NCBI GenBank assembly: GCA_963793265.1
Contig: CAWBZI010000006.1
Coordinates: 640,001 to 704,000, forward strand
Origin: an uncultured cyanobacterium
GTDB taxonomy: Bacteria > Cyanobacteriota > Cyanobacteriia > Phormidesmidales > Phormidesmidaceae
Length of the DNA stretch: 64,000 nt
Reading direction: 5' to 3'
Positions 28,743 through 38,088 of this stretch are shown here, in pieces (position 1 is the stretch's first letter; every line of letters begins with the position of its first letter). Under the pieces are notes generated by a model, which had not been told where the DNA came from, did no database searches, and saw only the letters and a program-made list of their open reading frames with translations. A program made the translations under genes and the position numbers.

Positions 28743-29859
28743 CTTTGAGCCTCATCTCATCGACTCAGACCTACCCAAACGCCGCTTTTACGCTCAAACT
28801 GCCCTGGCCGACTTAGACAACGACGGCCGGTTAGAGGTAATTATGGGTCAGCGCCACGGCAACATTTACTACTACAAATATCACGACAACAAAACATGGT
28901 CGCGTCATCTGCTGGGCAAAAACTCACCGTCAGACGTCGGAGCCTGCGCCTTTGATGTAGACGGCGATGGCTGGATAGACTTTGTAGCGGGCGGGGCATG
29001 GTATCAAAACTCTCGCGATCCTAATAAGCCCTTTACGCGGCATGTGTTTGATCGGCGGCTCAAAGCTGTTCATGATTTAGTAGCGGCTGATATTGATGGA
29101 GACGGACAAAAAGAAGTGCTCACTATGTCTGATAAAAACAATTTGCGCTGGTACAAAGTGCCGGTTGATCCAACCCAACCTTGGATTCGGCATGATATTG
29201 CGACTTCTGTTCATGCTGGACTCAGCGTCGGAGATATTGACGGCGATGGCGATTTAGACATTGTGCGAACGGATATATGGCTTGAAAACATCAGAGGTGA
29301 CGGTACGCTTTGGGTAGAGCATCCTATTGGGCCAAGTACACCGCCGCCGAAAGACTTTCGTCCGTCGTATGCGTTTAATGCAACCTGTAGCGTGGTGTGC
29401 GATGTGAATAAAGACGGTAAGAACGACGTTGTTTTTACTGACTCAGAGATTCCGGGCGGGCAGGTGTGGTGGATGGAGAATGTGGATGGTAAGGGGCGCG
29501 AGTGGCGGCGGCATGAGATTTATTGCCGTGGGGATGAGCCTAGACGGGGGGCGTATCACAGCCTTTTTGTAGGCGATTTGGATGGCGATGGTGACTGGGA
29601 TGTTTTTAGCTGTGAGATGGAGGCGGTGAGCGGTGAGGAAGGGCCGCGTTTTTATATTTGGGAGAATGTGGATGGCTACGGGCAAGCGTGGAAGGAGCAC
29701 GTCATTTTAGATGTAAATTTGGGGGGACATGCAACTCTCGTGGGCGATATTTCGGGAAATGGGTGGCTAGATATGTTTACGAAGCCCTGGCGCGCGAGTC
29801 GGAAGAATGCGCTGGGGGGGAAGATGTATGCAATGTTTTTGGAGAATATTGGGTGGTAG
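28729..29859 (+). CDS. FG-GAP/VCBS repeat beta-propeller protein, no obvious signal peptide
   Basis: Seven DxDxDG-type Ca loops (DLDNDG, DVDGDG, DIDGDG x2, DVNKDG, DLDGDG, DISGNG). Confidence 0.8.
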   Translation: MNKFNFEPHLIDSDLPKRRFYAQTALADLDNDGRLEVIMGQRHGNIYYYKYHDNKTWSRHLLGKNSPSDVGACAFDVDGDGWIDFVAGGAWYQNSRDPNKPFTRHVFDRRLKAVHDLVAADIDGDGQKEVLTMSDKNNLRWYKVPVDPTQPWIRHDIATSVHAGLSVGDIDGDGDLDIVRTDIWLENIRGDGTLWVEHPIGPSTPPPKDFRPSYAFNATCSVVCDVNKDGKNDVVFTDSEIPGGQVWWMENVDGKGREWRRHEIYCRGDEPRRGAYHSLFVGDLDGDGDWDVFSCEMEAVSGEEGPRFYIWENVDGYGQAWKEHVILDVNLGGHATLVGDISGNGWLDMFTKPWRASRKNALGGKMYAMFLENIGW

Positions 29860-29860
29860 C

Positions 29861-32800
29861 CTAAACCAACATTAAGAACAACTTAATCAGTAGCTGGGTT
29901 CGATCTAAAGGCTTACCTAAACAGGCAGAGGCACCATACCACTTTGCTTTGAGTCTTGTAAACCAGTTTGCCTTCGGCACCATCAGTAGAATAGGAACCG
30001 TGCGGAAGGTGGGATTTTTGCGGAGGCGATCGCACACCTCAAACGCATTTAACCCCGGCATAGAGGTCGTGAGCAAAATAATATCTGGCTGATAATACAC
30101 CAAATCAGTCAGCGCCGTGACCGGATCATCAACCGGCAATAGAGAGAAAACAGTATCGCCTAGATAGTTGTGAATGTTGCACAGCGTTGGAAAGTCATCT
30201 TCAATGCAGGCAATGGTGTAAACCGTTTTCTCGGGCTCGCTGAGCCTATCTGGCTGCGGCTTAATTGCGATCGCTGCTGACGTTTTCATAGCTTCTCTCC
30301 TTTCACTATCATCTATAGGCGCTGAATCTCTTGAGGCCAAATCTTTCGAGGCTAGATCCTTCACCGCCAAAAGCTTATCTTTGTGCTGAGACTCAGTGAT
30401 AAAAGGCGATCCCTCGGGCTGCGCCCCCCCATAGGCATAGGCCAAATTGCTATCTAATCGTCGGTTAAACAACTGCCCTATTTTGTAAGTCCAACGGCCC
30501 AAACGCTGCTGCAATCCGGCGATATAGGTAAAGCAAACGGGTACGACGACTAACGTTAGCAAGGTTGCCGTTGAAAAGCCACCAATGACTGCGATCGCCA
30601 TCGGACTTCTCACCTCTCCGCCCGCCCCTAGCTCCAAGGCAATCGGCACCATGCCCGCCACAGTAGAAATCGAGGTCATCAAAATAGGCCGTAGCCGGGT
30701 AACGCCCGAAGAAATTGCCGCCTGCTTCAAAGACTGACCGCTCTCTTTCGCCTGCAACGCATAGTCCACCAGCAAAATAGAGTTTTTAGTCACCAGCCCC
30801 ATCAGCAGCACAATACCGATAAGCGCGTAAAGATCGAGCGGTTTGTGCGTGAGCATCAGGGCAATGAAGGTGCCGCCAATGCTGAGGGGCAGCGCTGACA
30901 TGACTGCTAAAGGGTAAATAAAACTGTTGTACAAAAGCACCAGTACCGCGTAGATCATGACGATAGCAGTGCCAAGGGCGATCGCGAACCGACTAAACAC
31001 ATCTTGCAAAATATCGGCATCGCCAGCAGTTTGCTCGCTCACATCGTCAGGGAGATTCTGCAAAACAGGCAGCGCATAAACCGCATCTAGCGCCTGGCCT
31101 AAGCTAATGCCCTGGAGATTTGCGCCCACCGTAACCTGACGGGCGCGATCGAACCGTTCAATTTCAGCAGTGCCGCCGCCGATAGAGACTTCGGCTACCG
31201 CCGAGAGCGGCACAAGCTGCTGCCGGTTGCTGGCGACTTGAATATTGCTGATAGCCGCCAGGTCTGTTCTAAACTCGGGGGCGAGCCGGGTACGGATAGG
31301 AATTTGGCGATCGCCCGCATCAATTTCAGACAGGTTAGCATCGCGATCGCCCAGAGTCGCCAGTGTCGCCGTCGTCGCAATATCCCTCAGCTTCACGCCC
31401 AAATCCGCCGCCTGCTGAGCATTGGGCCGAATCAACAGTTCAGGCTTTACCAGCCCAATACTCGTACTCACCTCCACCAGTCCGGGAATCTCTCGCATCT
31501 GCTGCGCGAGCTGATTAGCCGTTTGGTTTAAGCTTTGCGGATTCGCACTTTTGAGCACTACGCTAAACGCCTCAGAGCCCCCGCCCGGACTCTGGTTGTC
31601 AAAGCCGAATCGAATATCTGGCACCCTTTGCAGTTGCCCTCTCACTTGCTGCTCAAAATCTTGCCGAGAAATATCACGTTCTCCCTTTGGCTTCAGACGA
31701 ATCACCATCTCCGACTCGTCTACATTTTGAGCCACATAAACGCTTTCGACCGCTGGATGCGTTAGCAGGCGATCGCTCAGTCCCCGCGTAATCTCATCGG
31801 CCCGCTCAAACGTGGTTCCCGGCGGCAGCTCAATTTTCAGTTGCGAGAGATCCGTATCACCTGCGCCGTAAAGTCCCGTTGGAATATGTGGAATCAGCGC
31901 CAGGCTAGAAGCAAAAATTGCGATCGCTACTCCTAAAGTCACCAGCCGATGCCGCAACGCTCGCCCCAAAAGCCATCGATAGCCCCCTCTTTGCGATGTA
32001 GTTTCCTCTGTTGAGTGCCCAGATTGTCCAGATTGACCTTCGGGAGCCGCCAGCAAAATCCGCGAGGCCAAAAGCGGCGTCACAAACCGCGCCACCAGCG
32101 TAGAAAACATCGTCGAAACCGCCACCGTCACCCCAAACGGCTGAAAAAACTGCCCCGGAATGCCGCCCATAAACGCGACCGGAATAAAAACAGCCACCAC
32201 CGTCGCCGTTGTTGTCACCACGGCCAAACCCACCTCAGCCGAAGAATCAATCGCCGCCTGAGTCGGCGGCTTACCCATTGCAATATGCCGCTCGATATTC
32301 TCAATTTCAACAATCGCATCGTCTACCAAATTACCCACCGCCAGCGTCAGCGCCAGCAGCGTCATACTGTTGAGCGAATAGCCCAGCGCGTTAATTACCG
32401 TAAATGTTGGGATAATAGAAAGCGGCAGCGCTACTGCCGTAATCAGCGTTGTTCGCCAGTTTCGCAAAAAGCAGCCAACGACAACAACAGCCAGCACAGA
32501 TCCCAGCAAAAGCGCCTCAATCGAAGCCTTATACGCCTCACGCACATCTGTTGCCCGCGTGAAAATAAGCTGTAGCTGCACGTCATCTGGCAAAGTCTCT
32601 TCAAGCTGCGCGATCTCTTGAACAACACCATCTTCGACAGTTGCCAGCAAGCTACCGTTACTGCGAAATACGCCAAACGAAACCACCGGCTGAGAGTCTA
32701 CAATTGCACCCTCACGAACTTCTGCGGGGCCGTCAGTCACCGCCGCTAAAGACTGTAAAGGGACTGTTTCGCCAGTCGGTAAGTCTATGCTGAGCGATCG

Positions 32801-33538
32801 CAAAGCCGCCAAACTCTCTGCGGTACTATTCGCCCTGCCCAACGCCCGTACGCTTTGTTCCTGGCCCGACACTTGCGATCGCCCGCCCGGCAAATTACGG
32901 TTAAATTCCTTAACCTGCTCATTCACCTGCGCAGCACTAATCCCATAAGCATTGAGCTGCCCAGCGTCTAGCGCCACGCTAATCTCTCGATCAACCCCGC
33001 CAATTCTCTCTACCTCAGCTACGCCCTTAACAGACATCAGCGCCGGACTAATCGTGCGATCAACCAAATCACTGAGCGCTTCAACAGGTTGCGTCTCGGA
33101 GCGAACCGCGTAGGTAAGAATCGCGCCGTCGTCGTAGCGCAACTGCTGAATGGTCATGCTTTCAGCGTAGGGGGCTAAGTCCTCACGAATGCGGGCGATC
33201 GCATCGCGCACCCCGTCCATAATCTCATCGGTTTCGGCCCCCAAATCAAACCGCACCGCCGTGTAGGCATAGCCGTCACTCACCGACGAATAAATCTCAT
33301 CGACATCGCCTAGCCCGGCAACCGCGTCCTCTACTTTTTTAGTAAACTGCGTCTCTAGCTCCTGTGGCCCCGCACCCGCATAAGCGGTTTCAATTGTGAC
33401 AATCGGCAGGTCAATATTAGGGTTAGCATCAATACCGAGCTGCAAAAAAGAGACAATGCCCGCCAGCGTCAGCACCAAAAACAGCACCAGCGTCGGTACC
33501 GGATTCCGAATAGACCAGCCAGGAGCGGTAATACTCAT
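29861..33538 (-). CDS. RND (AcrB/AcrD/AcrF) permease with C-terminal pseudo-receiver domain
   Basis: GNLVDDAIVEIEN, KNSILLVD, RLRPILMTS. The last ~120 aa have a CheY fold with PDIILLT instead of PDLILLD. Confidence 0.9.
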   Translation of the reverse strand: MSITAPGWSIRNPVPTLVLFLVLTLAGIVSFLQLGIDANPNIDLPIVTIETAYAGAGPQELETQFTKKVEDAVAGLGDVDEIYSSVSDGYAYTAVRFDLGAETDEIMDGVRDAIARIREDLAPYAESMTIQQLRYDDGAILTYAVRSETQPVEALSDLVDRTISPALMSVKGVAEVERIGGVDREISVALDAGQLNAYGISAAQVNEQVKEFNRNLPGGRSQVSGQEQSVRALGRANSTAESLAALRSLSIDLPTGETVPLQSLAAVTDGPAEVREGAIVDSQPVVSFGVFRSNGSLLATVEDGVVQEIAQLEETLPDDVQLQLIFTRATDVREAYKASIEALLLGSVLAVVVVGCFLRNWRTTLITAVALPLSIIPTFTVINALGYSLNSMTLLALTLAVGNLVDDAIVEIENIERHIAMGKPPTQAAIDSSAEVGLAVVTTTATVVAVFIPVAFMGGIPGQFFQPFGVTVAVSTMFSTLVARFVTPLLASRILLAAPEGQSGQSGHSTEETTSQRGGYRWLLGRALRHRLVTLGVAIAIFASSLALIPHIPTGLYGAGDTDLSQLKIELPPGTTFERADEITRGLSDRLLTHPAVESVYVAQNVDESEMVIRLKPKGERDISRQDFEQQVRGQLQRVPDIRFGFDNQSPGGGSEAFSVVLKSANPQSLNQTANQLAQQMREIPGLVEVSTSIGLVKPELLIRPNAQQAADLGVKLRDIATTATLATLGDRDANLSEIDAGDRQIPIRTRLAPEFRTDLAAISNIQVASNRQQLVPLSAVAEVSIGGGTAEIERFDRARQVTVGANLQGISLGQALDAVYALPVLQNLPDDVSEQTAGDADILQDVFSRFAIALGTAIVMIYAVLVLLYNSFIYPLAVMSALPLSIGGTFIALMLTHKPLDLYALIGIVLLMGLVTKNSILLVDYALQAKESGQSLKQAAISSGVTRLRPILMTSISTVAGMVPIALELGAGGEVRSPMAIAVIGGFSTATLLTLVVVPVCFTYIAGLQQRLGRWTYKIGQLFNRRLDSNLAYAYGGAQPEGSPFITESQHKDKLLAVKDLASKDLASRDSAPIDDSERREAMKTSAAIAIKPQPDRLSEPEKTVYTIACIEDDFPTLCNIHNYLGDTVFSLLPVDDPVTALTDLVYYQPDIILLTTSMPGLNAFEVCDRLRKNPTFRTVPILLMVPKANWFTRLKAKWYGASACLGKPLDRTQLLIKLFLMLV

Positions 33539-33540
33539 GA

Positions 33541-34935
33541 CTACTGCACCGCGTCTACAGTATCACCATCTTGTAAATAGCTAGCGCCACCGACGATAAT
33601 CTGACTGCCTGCACTTACACCAGAGAGTACTTCAACGGTTGGCTGCTCAGCTTTCGATGTCGTTGAACTAATTTGACTGGCCACCTCAACCGGATTCGCC
33701 TGCACTTTATTGTCGGAGCCGAGCGTATATACCAACGTTGTGCCGTCAGGCTGAGCGATCGCCGCTGCCGCCGGAATCACCACACTTCGCCGCCGCCCAG
33801 TCACCATCTCGGCCTGCAAAAACATCCCTGGCCGTAACTGACGCTCATCGTTAATCGAAACTCTCACCGTCGCCTGCCGACTGTCAGCATCTAAAGTCGG
33901 ATCTATCGTGCGAACGCTACCCTGCACCGTTAGTTCCGAATTCTGTTCAGGCGAGCGATCAGCCGCCGCGCTCATCACCACAGGCGCACCTACCTGAATC
34001 TGTTCGAGCTGCGCCTGCGATGGCTCCAAGGCTAGCTCCAACTGTCCGTTTTCGATCAGGCTATACAAAGGCGTCGAGGCTGAGGCCGTATCTCCGATGG
34101 TCATTAATCGTTCGGCAACAATGCCATCAGTAGGGGCCGTAACGACTGTTTGTGATCGCTGCGCCTGAATCTTATTAATCTCCGCTAGCCGACTAGCAAC
34201 ACTTGCCCGAGCGCTGTCAATATTAGCCGCTGCTACTGCCACATTCCCTTGAGCCGTCGCCGCCTCAATCTGGCGCGTACCAAGCTGTTCCTGGCTGACC
34301 GCACCCTCACGATACAGCGAACTGTAGCGACTCACGTCAACGCCTGCGGCCGCTTGTAGTACCTGGGCTTGGGCAAAGGCGACTTCCTGTTGTTCTAGTT
34401 CAGCTTGAGCCTGAGCAAGATTTGCTTCAGCTTGAGCAAGATCGGCCTGTAAAAGGCTGCTGTCTAGTATGGCGATTATCTGTCCGGTTTGGACGCGATC
34501 GCCCGCCCTCACCCTCATCTCTACAATCGGCAACCCGCTCACCGCAGGCGTCACCCGCAGCAAGTCCTTTGGCACCACAGTTCCCGTCAGCGACAGCGAA
34601 CTTTCAACTGTCGCAAGCTGAGCCGTTTGCAGCGTCACGCTTTGAGCAGGCGCGCGATCTGTTGCAGCAGTCAAAGCTGTATTAGAAGCTGTATCGACAT
34701 CTGCCTGTTCTGCCTGGTTTTCTTGCACCTGAGCCACCAAAAACCGTCCGCCGCCAAAAGCGAGCCAGGATACAGCTAATCCTAAGAAGAGACTTTTTGG
34801 CCCCCAAAGGAGACGAACTTGTGTGCCTATTCGACCAATTAGAGAAGGTTTGTGAATCGGCGTTCCTAATTGAGAGATGGGACGAAGCACTAGATTCTCG
34901 TCAAAGTCTTTTGAGGAATGTTTTGGGTGGCTCAA
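33541..34935 (-). CDS. RND membrane-fusion (periplasmic adaptor) protein
   Basis: N-terminal TM, lipoyl half-motifs (VRAGDRV, VTAPTDGIV), coiled coil, LRPGMF. Confidence 0.9.
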   Translation of the reverse strand: MSHPKHSSKDFDENLVLRPISQLGTPIHKPSLIGRIGTQVRLLWGPKSLFLGLAVSWLAFGGGRFLVAQVQENQAEQADVDTASNTALTAATDRAPAQSVTLQTAQLATVESSLSLTGTVVPKDLLRVTPAVSGLPIVEMRVRAGDRVQTGQIIAILDSSLLQADLAQAEANLAQAQAELEQQEVAFAQAQVLQAAAGVDVSRYSSLYREGAVSQEQLGTRQIEAATAQGNVAVAAANIDSARASVASRLAEINKIQAQRSQTVVTAPTDGIVAERLMTIGDTASASTPLYSLIENGQLELALEPSQAQLEQIQVGAPVVMSAAADRSPEQNSELTVQGSVRTIDPTLDADSRQATVRVSINDERQLRPGMFLQAEMVTGRRRSVVIPAAAAIAQPDGTTLVYTLGSDNKVQANPVEVASQISSTTSKAEQPTVEVLSGVSAGSQIIVGGASYLQDGDTVDAVQ

Positions 34936-34983
34936 GGAAATAAAGCTCCTGACGAGAAGAATAGTTTTGTTTAGCGTAGGGGC

Positions 34984-37659
34984 CTAACCAACAAACTCGA
35001 ACGTATTCGTATCGAACAAGCTCAAATCTTCCTCATCTTTAATCACACCAACCAAATCGTTTTGATAGAAGATAGCAGTGCCGTCTTTAACCCCCTTCAC
35101 GTCCTGACCTAGAACGTAGTCACTAGCGCTACCCCGCAGGCGGATGCGATCGCCCTCTTTCGCTTTAAAGTCATCAACCAGGCCATAGTCACTATTGCCA
35201 CCGCCTAAATAGAACACATTATTCGCATCACCTAAAACAAACGTATCAGCACCCTTCTCACCCTTCAGCTTATCTTGCTCGCCTTGGCCAAATCCACTGC
35301 TCGTATCAACCCCAAAGAGCAAATCGTCGCCGTCATCGCCTTTAATCTCATCTGAGCCTAGCCCGCCAAATATGGTGTCGTTGCCTTTCGTGCCGTCTAC
35401 TTTCTCACTCTTGTCGCTGCCTTGAACGGTATTAGCGCTTCCAGGCGCGGCGGTTAAAGCCTGGCCTGGCGCTGTATTCCCTAACTCAGTTCTAAGCGCG
35501 TCAGTAAAAGAGCCCTCTCTATCAGGATCGAAGATAGACCCCAGGCCGCTAGCAACATTGCCCTGATCAAAAAAGCCAAGGCCCGTAGAAACGTTGTTAT
35601 CACCGCCAGGAAGCCTTTCGTCAGTGACAAAAGATCCGGTAATATCGGTTACCTGAATGTTGCCGCGCCCCGTTACAACCGGATCAACACCCTTCTGCTT
35701 ACCCACAAACTTTTCCAGCTTGCCCTTCTCACTATCCAAGCGTGCGACCCAGCCGTCAATCGATTCGCCCGCCTGCTTCTTACCGCCCAAAGAGCCCTCC
35801 GTAAAGCCCGTGACAATCACGCTGCCTCGATCGTCTACAGCCACGCCAGTTGCATAGTCGGCTTTCTCTTTTGCGCCCACCTGCTGAATCCACTGGTCGT
35901 TCAAATCACTGTCAAACTTAGCGACAAAAGCATTCGTATCACCGTTGCTAGCGCCCTTGCTGTCTTTGCCTTTCCCGCCCAGCTTGCCAATGGTATAGCC
36001 CGTCAAATAAACGTTGTCCTGCGCGTCTACTGTCAAATCGCTAAAGTACGCACCATCGTCATCTTGAGAACCAATTTGCTTGGTCACAAGCTGAGTACCC
36101 TCGGGCGTAAACTTAGTCACCCACACGTCAAAGTTCTCAGAATCTGCGTTTGACTTATCGCCCAAATTGCCGTTCGTCCAGCCCGAAGCAAAGACGTTAC
36201 CCTGACTATCTGTATCAACCGCCCAGCCAAAATCTAGCCCCTCATCAACGCTACCAAACTGCTGTACCCACTGCACGTTCCCGGTCGGATCGACCTTGGC
36301 TAGATACGCGTCGTACTTCAGCAGCAGCCGCGAAGGGTCAGACTCTTTTGAGAGCCCTTGAGTCCAACCCACTACGTAGGAGTTGCCCGCCTCATCTACG
36401 GCTAAGTCGTAGCTTTCATCAAAAAATGGCGTAATGCTCAGCGGAAAAGGAGCCTCTGGATCGCGAATTTGAGTGAACCAGCCCTGAGCACCCGAGTTTT
36501 TATCGAAGGTGCCAACCCAAGAGTCATCTTGAGCTGAAAAGTCGAAGATTTCTCGGTTCTGGTTTTCTTTAATCGCCAGGCCCGAAACAAAGACGCGATC
36601 GCCCTGTACCTGCAAGCCAAACGCCGTACTCGCAAACGCTGGATTAGCCGTATCGCCTGCCAGTACGCCAGGATTAAACTGCTGGCCCCAAATAAAATCA
36701 CCACTGCCAGCATCGAGCTTCGCAACCCAGGCATCCTGCTCTGCTGACTTCAGCGAGCCGACTAAGTTACCGCTGGTATCGCCTGCTAAATAGACGCCGC
36801 CCTCATTGTCAGTTACCACTTCAAAGGCGCTATCGCTACCCGCCGAGCCAATCTGACGCAGCCAAAGCTGATTGCCGTTATTGTTGTACTTGGCAATCCA
36901 CACGTCGCCGTTACCCTGGTTTGCACCGCCCAGGCTACCGCTCGTAGAGCCCACCACATAGATATTGCCTGCATCGTCGATCGTGGTGTTTTGTCCCTGA
37001 TCAACACCGGGCGTTGTGAGCTGAACAATGTCCTTATCACCGCCTTTTTTGGCTTTATCGCCAACAAACCTGAAAACGTCTTTATCCTTAATGTCGTAGT
37101 CTTGCTCAGGCGTAGAAACAATAAAGCCCACTAAATCAGGCGCAATGCCACCGTTATAAAAAATAGCTTCGCCGCTTACTGGCTGAGCAAGCCCGTCCAC
37201 CTGAAGATCGTTGGTTTCAAAGAGAAAATATTCGTCAGACTTTCCGTGCAACTGAATTACGTCATCGGTGGCATCGAAGTCGTAGATAACTGCAAATTCA
37301 TTAGCACCGACGAGGTTACTGGTGAATAAAGTAGACTGATCAGAAGCCGTGTAGAAGGGTCTGCTTTCGTCACCGAGTACGAAGCGATCGCTCCCAACAG
37401 AAGGAATATTTTTATCTAAGATGCCGAAGGGTCGAGTCTCGTTTGAGATACCGACGATAATCTCAAACTCATCGGCAGAATTATCAAACAGATCGCCAAA
37501 GAGAAAGTCGATATTGGTTTCAGGGTAGGTCGCCGCCGGATCGAAGGCATAGATAGTATCGCTACCGGAGCGGCCAAAAACAGCCTCAAACTCAGCAGTG
37601 TTAGAGCCACCTACTAAGTCGCTAGCGGGCGTAAGAAGAGAGACGCTAAAATTTTCCAT
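34984..37659 (-). CDS. CylK/BrtB-like Ca-binding SBBP beta-propeller alkylating enzyme with RTX C-terminus
   Basis: FGRSGSDTIYAFDP..IDFLFGD, SDRFVLGD..PFY and DFDATDDVIQLHG match the recalled CylK N-domain. SBBP repeats (DxWxAKY, QQFG); GGxGxD nonamers. Confidence 0.75.
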   Translation of the reverse strand: MENFSVSLLTPASDLVGGSNTAEFEAVFGRSGSDTIYAFDPAATYPETNIDFLFGDLFDNSADEFEIIVGISNETRPFGILDKNIPSVGSDRFVLGDESRPFYTASDQSTLFTSNLVGANEFAVIYDFDATDDVIQLHGKSDEYFLFETNDLQVDGLAQPVSGEAIFYNGGIAPDLVGFIVSTPEQDYDIKDKDVFRFVGDKAKKGGDKDIVQLTTPGVDQGQNTTIDDAGNIYVVGSTSGSLGGANQGNGDVWIAKYNNNGNQLWLRQIGSAGSDSAFEVVTDNEGGVYLAGDTSGNLVGSLKSAEQDAWVAKLDAGSGDFIWGQQFNPGVLAGDTANPAFASTAFGLQVQGDRVFVSGLAIKENQNREIFDFSAQDDSWVGTFDKNSGAQGWFTQIRDPEAPFPLSITPFFDESYDLAVDEAGNSYVVGWTQGLSKESDPSRLLLKYDAYLAKVDPTGNVQWVQQFGSVDEGLDFGWAVDTDSQGNVFASGWTNGNLGDKSNADSENFDVWVTKFTPEGTQLVTKQIGSQDDDGAYFSDLTVDAQDNVYLTGYTIGKLGGKGKDSKGASNGDTNAFVAKFDSDLNDQWIQQVGAKEKADYATGVAVDDRGSVIVTGFTEGSLGGKKQAGESIDGWVARLDSEKGKLEKFVGKQKGVDPVVTGRGNIQVTDITGSFVTDERLPGGDNNVSTGLGFFDQGNVASGLGSIFDPDREGSFTDALRTELGNTAPGQALTAAPGSANTVQGSDKSEKVDGTKGNDTIFGGLGSDEIKGDDGDDLLFGVDTSSGFGQGEQDKLKGEKGADTFVLGDANNVFYLGGGNSDYGLVDDFKAKEGDRIRLRGSASDYVLGQDVKGVKDGTAIFYQNDLVGVIKDEEDLSLFDTNTFEFVG

Positions 37660-37914
37660 GGTTTCCGATTGAATAAGACCCGGCGGGCCAGGTTGAAAGT
37701 CTTTAGAAGAGGGCTGTCGCGCTTGGAAAAGTATGCTACCTCTGTTAGGGACTGCAAAAGTATGGCGATAGTTTCCTTAAAGTAAGCTTTTTTGCGGTGG
37801 AAATTTAATAAAGTTATGTATCAAATAAATGACTGCATTGGTTTTAGAGTCAAGGCTTTCTTCGCTGCTGAGGATCTAAAGATTAAATAAACTGTTTCAC
37901 CGTTATTTGCTGAA

Positions 37915-37999
37915 GCCCTCACCCCAGCCCTCTCCCAAAAGGAGAGGGAGCCGGATTCAAAGTCCTTCTCCCTTGGGGAGAAGGATTTAGGATGAGGGC
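37915..37999. repeat. Cyanobacterial dispersed palindromic element (REP/MITE-like)
   Basis: Outer inverted repeat GCCCTCA...TGAGGGC enclosing hairpins CCCTCTCC-CAAAA-GGAGAGGG and TCCTTCTCCC-TTG-GGGAGAAGGA. Confidence 0.8.
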
Positions 38000-38088
38000 C
38001 TCGATGTGTGTAGATTACTGAGTCCTCATTCTTAATAAAAATCGAAAAACCATTCAATAGCATACTTTCGCAGGCTCTTTACATACTT

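Noticed and set aside
37821..38063. 80-aa ORF
   Set aside because: Mostly a translation of the palindromic repeat element (PHPKSFSPREKD...).
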